A stretch of 64,000 nt of DNA, from the NCBI GenBank assembly GCA_965112635.1, contig OZ218778.1, positions 2,624,001 to 2,688,000 on the forward strand, written 5' to 3'. Shown here piece by piece: positions 27,901 through 34,767 of the stretch (positions are counted from its first letter, which is position 1; the number at the start of each line of letters is the position of its first letter). The DNA is from an uncultured bacterium. Its GTDB lineage: Bacteria; Oederibacteriota; Oederibacteriia; Oederibacteriales; Oederibacteriaceae. The position numbers and the translations under genes are program-made. Below the pieces are notes generated by a model, which did not search any database, was not told the origin of the DNA, and saw only the letters and a list, made by a program, of their open reading frames with translations.

Positions 27901-30900
27901 GTCGATGTCGCCGTATTTGTATTGGTCGCCGTACTTGTGGCGCTCTGAGTGTTCGTAGCCGTGGCCGTGGCTGTCAACGTGATCGTATTGGTAGACGTAG
28001 ATGTGGCTGTATTGCTGTTCGTAGCCGTGGCTGTAGCCGTAGCTGTGCTCGTGGACGTGAATATAGACGTCGACGTCGCTGTCGTCGTGTTCGTCGCCGT
28101 AGCCGTCGCCGTGTTCGTCGGGCTCTGCGTGTAGGTATACGTGGATGTCGATGTCGCCGTATTTGTATTGGTCGCCGTACTTGTGGCGCTCTGAGTGTTC
28201 GTAGCCGTGGCCGTGGCTGTCAACGTGATCGTATTGGTAGACGTAGATGTGGCTGTATTGCTGTTCGTAGCCGTGGCTGTAGCCGTAGCTGTGCTCGTGG
28301 ACGTGAATATAGACGTCGACGTCGCTGTCGTCGTGTTCGTCGCCGTAGCCGTCGCCGTGTTCGTCGGGCTCTGCGTGTAGGTATACGTGGATGTCGATGT
28401 CGCCGTATTTGTATTGGTCGCCGTACTTGTGGCGCTCTGAGTGTTCGTAGCCGTGGCCGTGGCTGTCAACGTGATCGTATTGGTAGACGTAGATGTGGCT
28501 GTATTGCTGTTCGTAGCCGTGGCTGTAGCCGTAGCTGTGCTCGTGGACGTGAATATAGACGTCGACGTCGCTGTCGTCGTGTTCGTCGCCGTAGCCGTCG
28601 CCGTGTTCGTCGGGCTCTGCGTGTAGGTATACGTGGATGTCGATGTCGCCGTATTTGTATTGGTCGCCGTACTTGTGGCGCTCTGAGTGTTCGTAGCCGT
28701 GGCCGTGGCTGTCAACGTGATCGTATTGGTAGACGTAGATGTGGCTGTATTGCTGTTCGTAGCCGTGGCTGTAGCCGTAGCTGTGCTCGTGGACGTGAAT
28801 ATAGACGTCGACGTCGCTGTCGTCGTGTTCGTCGCCGTAGCCGTCGCCGTGTTCGTCGGGCTCTGCGTGTAGGTATACGTGGATGTCGATGTCGCCGTAT
28901 TTGTATTGGTCGCCGTACTTGTGGCGCTCTGAGTGTTCGTAGCCGTGGCCGTGGCTGTCAACGTGATCGTATTGGTAGACGTAGATGTGGCTGTATTGCT
29001 GTTCGTAGCCGTGGCTGTAGCCGTAGCTGTGCTCGTGGACGTGAATATAGACGTCGACGTCGCTGTCGTCGTGTTCGTCGCCGTAGCCGTCGCCGTGTTC
29101 GTCGGGCTCTGCGTGTAGGTATACGTGGATGTCGATGTCGCCGTATTTGTATTGGTCGCCGTACTTGTGGCGCTCTGAGTGTTCGTAGCCGTGGCCGTGG
29201 CTGTCAACGTGATCGTATTGGTAGACGTAGATGTGGCTGTATTGCTGTTCGTAGCCGTGGCTGTAGCCGTAGCTGTGCTCGTGGACGTGAATATAGACGT
29301 CGACGTCGCTGTCGTCGTGTTCGTCGCCGTAGCCGTCGCCGTGTTCGTCGGGCTCTGCGTGTAGGTATACGTGGATGTCGATGTCGCCGTATTTGTATTG
29401 GTCGCCGTACTTGTGGCGCTCTGAGTGTTCGTAGCCGTGGCCGTGGCTGTCAACGTGATCGTATTGGTAGACGTAGATGTGGCTGTATTGCTGTTCGTAG
29501 CCGTGGCTGTAGCCGTAGCTGTGCTCGTGGACGTGAATATAGACGTCGACGTCGCTGTCGTCGTGTTCGTCGCCGTAGCCGTCGCCGTGTTCGTCGGGCT
29601 CTGCGTGTAGGTATACGTGGATGTCGATGTCGCCGTATTTGTATTGGTCGCCGTACTTGTGGCGCTCTGAGTGTTCGTAGCCGTGGCCGTGGCTGTCAAC
29701 GTGATCGTATTGGTAGACGTAGATGTGGCTGTATTGCTGTTCGTAGCCGTGGCTGTAGCCGTAGCTGTGCTCGTGGACGTGAATATAGACGTCGACGTCG
29801 CTGTCGTCGTGTTCGTCGCCGTAGCCGTCGCCGTGTTCGTCGGGCTCTGCGTGTAGGTATACGTGGATGTCGATGTCGCCGTATTTGTATTGGTCGCCGT
29901 ACTTGTGGCGCTCTGAGTGTTCGTAGCCGTGGCCGTGGCTGTCAACGTGATCGTATTGGTAGACGTGGCTGTCGCCGTCGAAGTGGCTGTGGCTGTAATG
30001 CTCGCCGTGTTGCTGCTAGTAGCTGTGGCGGTCGCGGTAACTGTAATAGTCGCCGTGGCTGTCGCGGTAGCGGTGCTCGTATTCATGACCGTGGCCGTGG
30101 CTGTCGCGGTACTCGTATTGGTCGTTGTGCTTGTAGTAGTGGCAGAGGCAGTGCTTGTTGCAGTTCTCGTGGCCGTATTGGTCGCCGTAGCTGTGGCTGT
30201 ATTAGTGCCTGTATTCGTGGCCGTGGCCGTAGCCGTATTCGTGGAAGTGGGTGCAGCCGTGGCCGTGGAGGTCGGGGTTCTGGTAGAGGTCGCGGTATTG
30301 GTGGAGGTTGCCGTAGAAGTGGCTGTCCGGGTATTGGTAAAGGTATTCGTGCAGGTGGGAGCGCAGACGCATGAGCCTTCCCCGGTGCTGATCTGAAAAT
30401 CAGCGATGCTCTGCAGGCTGCTGCTCCAGTACCCTGGATAACCGGCTGCTATCGCCCCCAGGCAGAATAACGAACTACCACCCCAGCTTGCCGCCGTAGG
30501 GGTATAAGCTGTGGTTTGCACCAGGATGTCGTTAAAATATAGATAACAATTCGAGCCATCCCATCTTATCCTAACTTTCATAACAACCCCGTTTCCAATG
30601 TAATTATCCTCAGTTCCAGTGGGAACATAGTATGTACCACCAGCCCCGTCTATTCCGTAGCTAAACATTAAATTCCCATACAGCACGGTAAGTTGAAAAT
30701 TAAATAATGATCGAGAGCCATCATCAGAAACATCAAAGATCGTCTGTGCGGCTCCATGCGAAGTATCGTGATTGCCGAGATCTGCCACCCGGGCTTCATA
30801 ACTTTGCGAAGACTTTAGGTAAAAAGTTATATCCCCGCCGCAAGTATTAAAAATATTTCCTACTTCTGGCCCCGCCCAGCTCCACCAGGCAGAATTACTA

Positions 30901-33900
30901 TTTTGCCACCACCCATTTTGAAAATTCACGCCATCCGTTCCATTCTCAAAGGCATTGAAGTTTGCGGCACCGCTTCCCGTGATATTTTCAGTGCCTTGAT
31001 ACCCTTTGGTCGGAAATATCGGATTGCCATTTCCACTCCCACTGGGCAATTCCGCGCTCTTCCCCGCGATATACATCTGCACGCAGGAGGTATTAAAGGC
31101 CGTGGGCGTGACCGTAGGTGTGGAGGTGGTGCAATTCATGACCTGCACGTCAAAGGAAACTGTGGAAACCTGCGCGTTGCCATAACCGTTGGTCTCGTAC
31201 AGGTCAAACAGGAGATTTTTGAAAGACGCGGCGGTCCATCCTCCGGACGGCGGCTGCAGGATCACGCTATCGGTCTGCTGGGTGTTATTGAGGTCCAGGA
31301 ACCGCTGGTCCACATAGTCATCCGTGGCGCTGCCGCTGGTGCCCCATCCGAACTGGAAGACCGCGACATAATCGCTGTCCTGCCAGGTAACGTGCGCGGT
31401 GACATTGCCAAAAGAAGAATAGTTGGTGACCGGCGTGGTCACATACCACCATCCGGATTGGTTGCCTCCGACAACGGCGGTCGCGGAACCGTTGAGGATA
31501 GGCGTGGCATTGGGCTTGTTACCATTACCCGTTGACCACCATACGCCTCCCCAAGTGTTCCCAAGGAGCGTAAAGGTCGTGCAGGGTGTGGGCTCGGAAC
31601 AGGAGGTCAACAGGTTGACCGTAAACCAGACATGGTCAACCTCCATCCCGTGGGTATTGTTGGGATTGTTGATATCGTACCTCAATGCGTTTATCTGCGC
31701 CTCGGTCCATCCAGATGGCTGCGGCCGGGCCAGGGTGATATTATCTGTCTGCCAGGTATTGTCCGCGAGGGCCGCCAAAGGCTCTTCAACCGTCCCGTTC
31801 GTGGAGCCGTCCACGTTGTAGTCAAAGTAACCTCCCCAACCGGCATTGGCATCTTGCCACTTGATATGGGCGACTACATCCTGGATATTGGCCTGGGTGT
31901 AGGTCCCGCGCAAGGGAATGGTATAGTACCAGCCTGACCCGGTGCCCACCAATTGCATGAACAGTCCCCCATCCGCCTCAGCTCCATCCGTGGCGTTTGG
32001 CTGATTCGAGGAAGTGGCGCTGGACCAGCCTGAGCCTCCATAGCTCCCGGATTGCACGGTCGCTGTGCACGCAACAGTGGGTTCACTGCAGGCTGTATTC
32101 AAGGTGACCACCAAATACATGTAGTCCACGGTTATGTTAAAGTTGTAATACCCCCCGCTCAGACCCGCCCGTATCTGGTTCACCTCGGCCTCTGTCCATC
32201 CGCCGGAGGGCACTGCCAACTGCATACTGTCGGTCTGATAAACACTGCTCCCGGCAGCGGTAAAAGTCGCGGTGGTAGCGGTCCCGGCGTTGGTGGTGCC
32301 GTCAGAGGTGGCGGCAGCATACATATAATTTCCGGCAGTGGCTGCCTCCCATTTGACATATAAGGTCACAGAGGTGATAGACCCGCCGGAGTAAGTACCC
32401 ATCATATTCTCCATAAACCACCAACCGTTATTGCCGCCAAGAGGCACGGTCAAACCATCCCCTGTTGCCCCCAGGCCCGTAGAACTGTTTGGTGCAGACG
32501 AACTCCAACCAAACCCGCCCGTGCCTCCGTACTGCGTCGCGGGCAATGTCAGGGAACAAGCAGGCGTGGGGGTGGGAGTACAGCCGGTTGTGGACAGGCA
32601 GAGGTAATTGTAGGTTACAGTTTCCAGGGTATTATTATGGGAACACACGGCCAGGCCCCAATAGACTGTGGGGTTCATCGTAACAGTGGTCGAACCCAAC
32701 AGTGTCCATGAATTCCCGTCCGAAGAATAATAGCTGGTAAATGTACTCCCGCTCCTCACCAGTTTTAACCAATAGGGCGCCGCGGGTCCCCCATGCCACC
32801 CCACGTCAGAAGAAGCCCCGCCCGCAGTACCCCTCCAGGCGAAATCAACCCCGGACGAATAACCCATTTGCAAACTAACGTTTGCGGCGCCAGCGGTGAG
32901 GTCATTGCGTATCATGAGACACGCTTTAGCATACCCATCACCATCGTTGCTCATGCTAGGGACCAACACCGTCATAGTTCCGTCGCCGCACATAGAGGCG
33001 TAATCAAAGTTGAATGAGTCAGCAGTGCCCCAGATATCCGACCCGCCGCCGTTGACCGTGTAGGTGGGAGCGGAATAACTCGCGCTCCCAGCCTGGCTTG
33101 GGCCGCCGATGTCCAGGTCAGTCAGGGCTGGGGTCGAGCTGCAAGGCGTAGGTGTGGGAGTCGATGTGCTTGCGGGTGTGTATGTGTTTGTGGCTGTGTT
33201 TGTGAATGTGCAGGAAACACCGTTGAGTTGCAGGTCATTGAGCAGAATGGTCGCGTTGTTTGTATAGCACTCAATGGCAAACTTTCTGATGTAGTGGAAG
33301 TCCAGGTCTCCGGCCTCAAAAATGCCGTTCTGAAATCCATTACTGCCGTTGGGATTGGCCTGCCACTGCAGTTGGATGGTCTCCTGGGTCCAGGAGGTCG
33401 GTGCGGTCAGTCCAGAGGAAGAATAATTGTAAGTGTCGTTGCCCCAGTCGTCTTCTATCAGAACACGGTATTGCACCCCTGAAGTGGTCGCACACATCCA
33501 AAAAGAAATGGAAGTGTAGCAATCCCAATTCATGCATGGCCAGCCTCCATCCAGAAGATTGACATCACCGCCGTTTGGCTCACTGCTTCCAAAATCCATC
33601 TCCAAAGAATTACAACAGTCATTGTAACTGCTGGAGTTTTTTGTGAAAGTTACGCTCTGCTGCGCCCCACCTCCCCCAAAAGAAAAATATCCGCAGGAAT
33701 CGTTGTGAATACCCCCACCAGTCATCGCGTCGATCATGTAGGACTGAGCTAATCCAAGGGTTGGCATCATCAACACGAACAACAACAGGGCAACAATTAC
33801 ATAACGCCGATTTGTTCCTTCAAAATGTTTTTGGGACCTGGCCTTCTGATGACCATCATATCCAGCAGACATTGGGAAAGTACTTTTTGGGCAGAATGGA

Positions 33901-34178
33901 AAAAGGGGTTGGAAAAATATTAACCTTTTTAATAGTCCAAAATTTGAAAAGAGAAAGATTTGGCTCTGCCATATATATAACAAAGCCTTTTCATTGTTCA
34001 AAAAAAAGGCAAAACTTTTTCTAATGATGGCGAACGATGAATTTAGGAAATAATGGGCGAGAACTTCAAAAAAAAGTTGCGACTTTGTCTTTAGTTGCGC
34101 AGGGAAACTCAATTTTATTTTTTTTCTCTTCACACAATTGACCATCATCACCGGTATGCCCCTTGTTCCTGATATCAT
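15993..34178 (-). CDS. Giant (6061 aa) Thr-rich secreted surface protein/adhesin with C-terminal FlgD-Ig/T9SS-CTD-like domain
   Basis: One uninterrupted 18.2-kb ORF. Order: h-region YVIVALLLFVLMMPTLGLA; CBM11-like domain; DUF1349/ConA-like domain (DIWGTADSFNF...PYWLKLVRSGSTFTSYYSSDG); three small Trp-rich domains; LamG-like domain; ~4,100-aa (T-X)n stalk; second DUF1349-like domain; short stalk; carboxypeptidase-regulatory-like domain (GLVYDAQTGQPIPGALV); CTD-like end (IYNLSGDILV...WNGRN...VANDIYLV...KKIAVIR). Start uncertain: 34178, or GTG 34151 after AAGGGG. Confidence 0.8.
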   Translation of the reverse strand: MISGTRGIPVMMVNCVKRKKIKLSFPAQLKTKSQLFFEVLAHYFLNSSFAIIRKSFAFFLNNEKALLYIWQSQIFLFSNFGLLKRLIFFQPLFPFCPKSTFPMSAGYDGHQKARSQKHFEGTNRRYVIVALLLFVLMMPTLGLAQSYMIDAMTGGGIHNDSCGYFSFGGGGAQQSVTFTKNSSSYNDCCNSLEMDFGSSEPNGGDVNLLDGGWPCMNWDCYTSISFWMCATTSGVQYRVLIEDDWGNDTYNYSSSGLTAPTSWTQETIQLQWQANPNGSNGFQNGIFEAGDLDFHYIRKFAIECYTNNATILLNDLQLNGVSCTFTNTATNTYTPASTSTPTPTPCSSTPALTDLDIGGPSQAGSASYSAPTYTVNGGGSDIWGTADSFNFDYASMCGDGTMTVLVPSMSNDGDGYAKACLMIRNDLTAGAANVSLQMGYSSGVDFAWRGTAGGASSDVGWHGGPAAPYWLKLVRSGSTFTSYYSSDGNSWTLLGSTTVTMNPTVYWGLAVCSHNNTLETVTYNYLCLSTTGCTPTPTPACSLTLPATQYGGTGGFGWSSSAPNSSTGLGATGDGLTVPLGGNNGWWFMENMMGTYSGGSITSVTLYVKWEAATAGNYMYAAATSDGTTNAGTATTATFTAAGSSVYQTDSMQLAVPSGGWTEAEVNQIRAGLSGGYYNFNITVDYMYLVVTLNTACSEPTVACTATVQSGSYGGSGWSSATSSNQPNATDGAEADGGLFMQLVGTGSGWYYTIPLRGTYTQANIQDVVAHIKWQDANAGWGGYFDYNVDGSTNGTVEEPLAALADNTWQTDNITLARPQPSGWTEAQINALRYDINNPNNTHGMEVDHVWFTVNLLTSCSEPTPCTTFTLLGNTWGGVWWSTGNGNKPNATPILNGSATAVVGGNQSGWWYVTTPVTNYSSFGNVTAHVTWQDSDYVAVFQFGWGTSGSATDDYVDQRFLDLNNTQQTDSVILQPPSGGWTAASFKNLLFDLYETNGYGNAQVSTVSFDVQVMNCTTSTPTVTPTAFNTSCVQMYIAGKSAELPSGSGNGNPIFPTKGYQGTENITGSGAANFNAFENGTDGVNFQNGWWQNSNSAWWSWAGPEVGNIFNTCGGDITFYLKSSQSYEARVADLGNHDTSHGAAQTIFDVSDDGSRSLFNFQLTVLYGNLMFSYGIDGAGGTYYVPTGTEDNYIGNGVVMKVRIRWDGSNCYLYFNDILVQTTAYTPTAASWGGSSLFCLGAIAAGYPGYWSSSLQSIADFQISTGEGSCVCAPTCTNTFTNTRTATSTATSTNTATSTRTPTSTATAAPTSTNTATATATNTGTNTATATATNTATRTATSTASATTTSTTTNTSTATATATVMNTSTATATATATITVTATATATSSNTASITATATSTATATSTNTITLTATATATNTQSATSTATNTNTATSTSTYTYTQSPTNTATATATNTTTATSTSIFTSTSTATATATATNSNTATSTSTNTITLTATATATNTQSATSTATNTNTATSTSTYTYTQSPTNTATATATNTTTATSTSIFTSTSTATATATATNSNTATSTSTNTITLTATATATNTQSATSTATNTNTATSTSTYTYTQSPTNTATATATNTTTATSTSIFTSTSTATATATATNSNTATSTSTNTITLTATATATNTQSATSTATNTNTATSTSTYTYTQSPTNTATATATNTTTATSTSIFTSTSTATATATATNSNTATSTSTNTITLTATATATNTQSATSTATNTNTATSTSTYTYTQSPTNTATATATNTTTATSTSIFTSTSTATATATATNSNTATSTSTNTITLTATATATNTQSATSTATNTNTATSTSTYTYTQSPTNTATATATNTTTATSTSIFTSTSTATATATATNSNTATSTSTNTITLTATATATNTQSATSTATNTNTATSTSTYTYTQSPTNTATATATNTTTATSTSIFTSTSTATATATATNSNTATSTSTNTITLTATATATNTQSATSTATNTNTATSTSTYTYTQSPTNTATATATNTTTATSTSIFTSTSTATATATATNSNTATSTSTNTITLTATATATNTQSATSTATNTNTATSTSTYTYTQSPTNTATATATNTTTATSTSIFTSTSTATATATATNSNTATSTSTNTITLTATATATNTQSATSTATNTNTATSTSTYTYTQSPTNTATATATNTTTATSTSIFTSTSTATATATATNSNTATSTSTNTITLTATATATNTQSATSTATNTNTATSTSTYTYTQSPTNTATATATNTTTATSTSIFTSTSTATATATATNSNTATSTSTNTITLTATATATNTQSATSTATNTNTATSTSTYTYTQSPTNTATATATNTTTATSTSIFTSTSTATATATATNSNTATSTSTNTITLTATATATNTQSATSTATNTNTATSTSTYTYTQSPTNTATATATNTTTATSTSIFTSTNTATATATNTNTNTSTATATNTNTSSATATSTSTQTATSTATNTTTSTATSTTTMSITSTATATATASATATATATATATNTNTASATATTTNTYTQSATNTATATATSTATATATAIFTSTNTATATATNTNTNTATSTATNTNTATATATSTSTRTATSTATATATNTTTATSTSIFTSTNTATATATNTNTNTSTATATNTNTSSATATSTSTQTATSTATNTTTSTATSTTTMSMTATATSTATNTNTATATATATATNTNTASATATTTNTYTQSATNTATATATSTATATATAIFTSTNTATATATNTNTNTATSTATNTNTATATATSTSTRTATSTATATATNTTTATSTSIFTSTNTATATATNTNTQSATNTATATATSTATATATAIFTSTNTATATATNTNTNTATATATNTNTATATATSTSTRTATSTATNTATATATATNTLSMTATATATATATASATATVTATATNTNTATSTATSTTTMSMTATATATATATASATATATATATNTNTATATATTTNTNSQTATNTATATATSTATATATAIFTSTNTATATATNTNTNTSTATATNTNTATATATSTSTRTATSTATNTATATATATNTLSMTATATATATATASATATATATATNTNTATSTATSTTTMSMTATATATATATASATATATATATNTNTATATATTTNTNSQTATNTATATATSTATATATAIFTSTNTATATATNTNTNTATVTATNTNTATATATSTSTRTATSTATATATATATATATASATATATATTTTTLSNTATATATATATNTATATATATATNTNTATATTTTTNTNTQTATSTATATATATATTTTTMSMTATATATATATASATATTTATATNTNTATATATTTNTNTQTATNTATATATATATATATATSTTTMSMTATATASATATATNTNTRTATSTATATATATATSTTTLSNTATATATATATASATATATATATNTNTATATATTTNTYTQTATNTATASATATATATATATATTTMSNTATATATATATNTATATATATATNTNTATATATTTNTNTRTATSTATATATATATSTTTMSNTATATATATATATATATATATATNTNTATATATTTNTYTQTATNTATATATATATATATSTTTTTMSNTATATATATATASATATSTATATSTATATATATSTTTMSMTATATATATATATATATATATATNTNTATATATTTNTNTRTATSTATASATATATSTTTMSNTATATATATATASATATATATATNTNTASATATTTNTNTQTATNTATATATATATATTTMSNTATATATATATASATATSTATATSTATATATATTTTTMSNTATATATATATATATATNTNTATATATTTNTNTQTATSTATATATATATSTTTMSNTATATATATATNTATATATATATNTNTATATATTTNTNTQTATNTATASATATATATATATATTTMSNTATATATATATNTATATATATATNTNTATATATTTNTNTRTATSTATATATATATSTTTMSNTATATATATATATATATATATATNTNTATATATTTNTNTQTATNTATATATATATATATSTSTTTMSNTATATATATATATATATATATATNTNTATATATTTNTNTQTATNTATATATATATATASSTSTTTMSNTATATATATATATATATATATATNTNTATATATTTNTNTQTATNTATASATATATATATSTSTTTMSNTATATATATATATATATATATATNTNTATATATTTNTNTQTATNTATASATATATATATSTSTTTMSNTATATATATATNTATATATATATNTNTATATATTTNTNTQTATNTATFTATSTATATTTMSNTATATATATATNTATATATATATNTNTATATATTTNTNTQTATNTATATATATATATATATSTATLSNTATASATATATATATATATATATNTNTATATATTTNTNTQTATNTATFTATSTATATTTMSNTATATATATATATATATATATATNTNTATATATTTNTNTQTATNTATFTATSTATATNTLSNTATATATATATATNTATATATATNTNTATATATTTNTNTQTATNTATASATATATATNTLSNTATATATTTATNTATATTTATATNTNTATATATTTNTNTQTATNTATATATATATATATATATVTASNTSTATATATATNTYTQTATATATATATATATATNTATATNTLSNTSTATATATATNTATATATATATNSNTNTSTATATNTDTQTATNTATATATATATTTATATTTMTNTATATATATATATATATTTTTATNTNTSTATTTATNTDTQTATNTTTATASATATATATLTSTNTATVTATATATATATTTATATNTNTETATATVTNTNTQTATNTATATATSTASATATTTATDTLSNTATTTATATATTTATATATATATNTNTATATGTTTNTATQTATDTTTGTATNTATQTATNTTTATSTATATNTATATVTSTGTNTETGTMTNTATATATATTTATATATATATATATNTTTATATTTATYTMSNTATATATATATTTATATTTATATSTNTATTTATTTNTDTQTATDTTTDTATNTGTQTATNTATASATATASATATTTATDTLSNTASATATATATATATATATATATNTNTATATATTTNTDTETATNTATCTATNTATATMTGTTTNTATSTGTATNTDTQTATATATATTTATTTNTETATATATPTSTPTMSLTYTSTATSTATQTATATTTATATSTDTSTATATATNTDTQTATDTTTGTATNTATVTTTATSTNTSTNTATNTSTSTETMTVTMTSTATATGTATETQTASATATSTATPSSTSTATETMTATVTATSTSTATVTETATSTATSTITNTNTETATATDTDTVTLTVTATATSTTTMTATETATITLTVTASMTGTITDTPTCALTWACTWQDQDIGNVGLTGTADNYCQQFAVTGAGGDIGGNADAFNFESQIMTGDGQIIAEVTGIAPAKVGVMMRESLDAGAPNAYMALYQGGVGGSKDVFQYRMAENAGTFQSSTPATPPYWVKLTRMGNVFTGYLSTDGSNWVMVGSPQTIAMGISLYVGLAVDSGNVNALSTGTFDNVSILGLSCGTATSTATSTATETMTATGTATATTTATTTATESPTGTATATATATGTATVTATATATATATATSTATSTATVTMSMTYTATATSTNTATVTATATKTATATSTSTNTLSMTVTATSTNTRTNTATATATRTATATSTVTATVTLINSHTNTSTATATYTATATATSSRTFTATATGTVTTTSTQSGTVTLTATITLTPTVSPTFTQTTTATETATQTATMTATTTMNPSFTVTSSTTSTGTATITQTMTVTPTPQFSVLTGLVYDAQTGQPIPGALVQLEDGSQTYADSTGHYTFGQVTPGNHTVTGSKTGYLPTSIPVFVPPLTIVTQDIPLNENPGGDQLFLDKNRLFTQGGQLNIRVFLESPSQTSLNIYNLSGDILVVNLMDGMFNGGWTYTKWNGRNNFNDEVANDIYLVVLKTSRKLIIKKIAVIRGAKQ
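17870..26818 (-). repeat. Degenerate (Thr-X)n coding repeat region with nested ~200-bp and ~546-bp units
   Basis: Plus strand is runs of gtN-gcN hexamers. The ttcgacatcgt marker recurs at ~204-bp spacing near 21340-22160. A ~546-bp duplication lies at ~25740/26290, and a near-identical ~270-bp block occurs at both ~22147 and ~23521. Confidence 0.8.
26819..29966 (-). repeat. About 12.8 apparently identical 246-bp tandem repeats encoding an 82-aa Thr-rich unit
   Basis: Antisense ORF starts recur at exactly 246-bp spacing (26965 to 29917). Unit: NTITLTATATATNTQSATSTATNTNTATSTSTYTYTQSPTNTATATATNTTTATSTSIFTSTSTATATATATNSNTATSTST. Confidence 0.95.
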
Positions 34179-34767
34179 TCCAGGAGGATAGCTCTCCCAC
34201 TCAGGCTTACGCTCTGAGCCAGCTTTTTCGATTGATGATTGTTTCGTCTAATTCCACCCCTAATATTATACTTATAAGAAACATTTGCAAGCATACCTAT
34301 ATCCTTTTTTTGTGATTTTAATCACATATTATTCTTTACTACATTTGTCCTAAGATTTCTAAGTTTATGGATAGGATTTTAATTGATTTTTAAGGAGTTG
34401 CAAGCTAAAAATTTAACTAAACTCTAACATCTTGACTATCTTCATTATTTTCAATAGTTTTTTATTTGCACCAAACAACAAACCCTGCTAAAAAAGCTCT
34501 CGTAATTAAAGAATTATTGCAACGCTTTTCCACATATCCCAAATGATGCTCCGCGTAACAAAGCTACGGGTTATTTTGCATAGGTTAAATAACTTTGGTC
34601 CATCCCTTGAAGTATGAATGGCAAAACTTCTAATAAGTCCGGTAAGTTGGCCGTTGGTCTAATTTAACCAGAAAAATACACTTTGATTTTGCACAGGACC
34701 TCAGGCAGGGAAACATTTTGAGCGTTCACTTTTGAGTCCACACGGTTTCAAGAGGACAAAAGGTGGG

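Noticed and set aside
26819-29966. Possible CRISPR array or array of small 61-aa genes
   Set aside because: Units are 246 bp, contiguous and identical with no unique spacers, in frame within a CDS, and no cas genes are present.
9416-30396. Many long plus-strand Val/Ala-rich ORFs (e.g. 9995-11926, 19741-22614, 22627-24720)
   Set aside because: Antisense shadows of Thr/Ala codons (ACN/GCN read as GTN/GCN-rich frames); confined exactly to the stalks, with no RBS or domain content.
34179-34767. AT-rich 590-bp intergenic region as riboswitch/ncRNA, invertible switch or ECF-promoter site
   Set aside because: No recognisable RNA motif or flanking inverted repeats. GTCTAA hits are on the plus strand without a GGAAC -35. 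The TTGCAA/TATAAT pair (34265-34290, minus) has only a 14-nt spacer.
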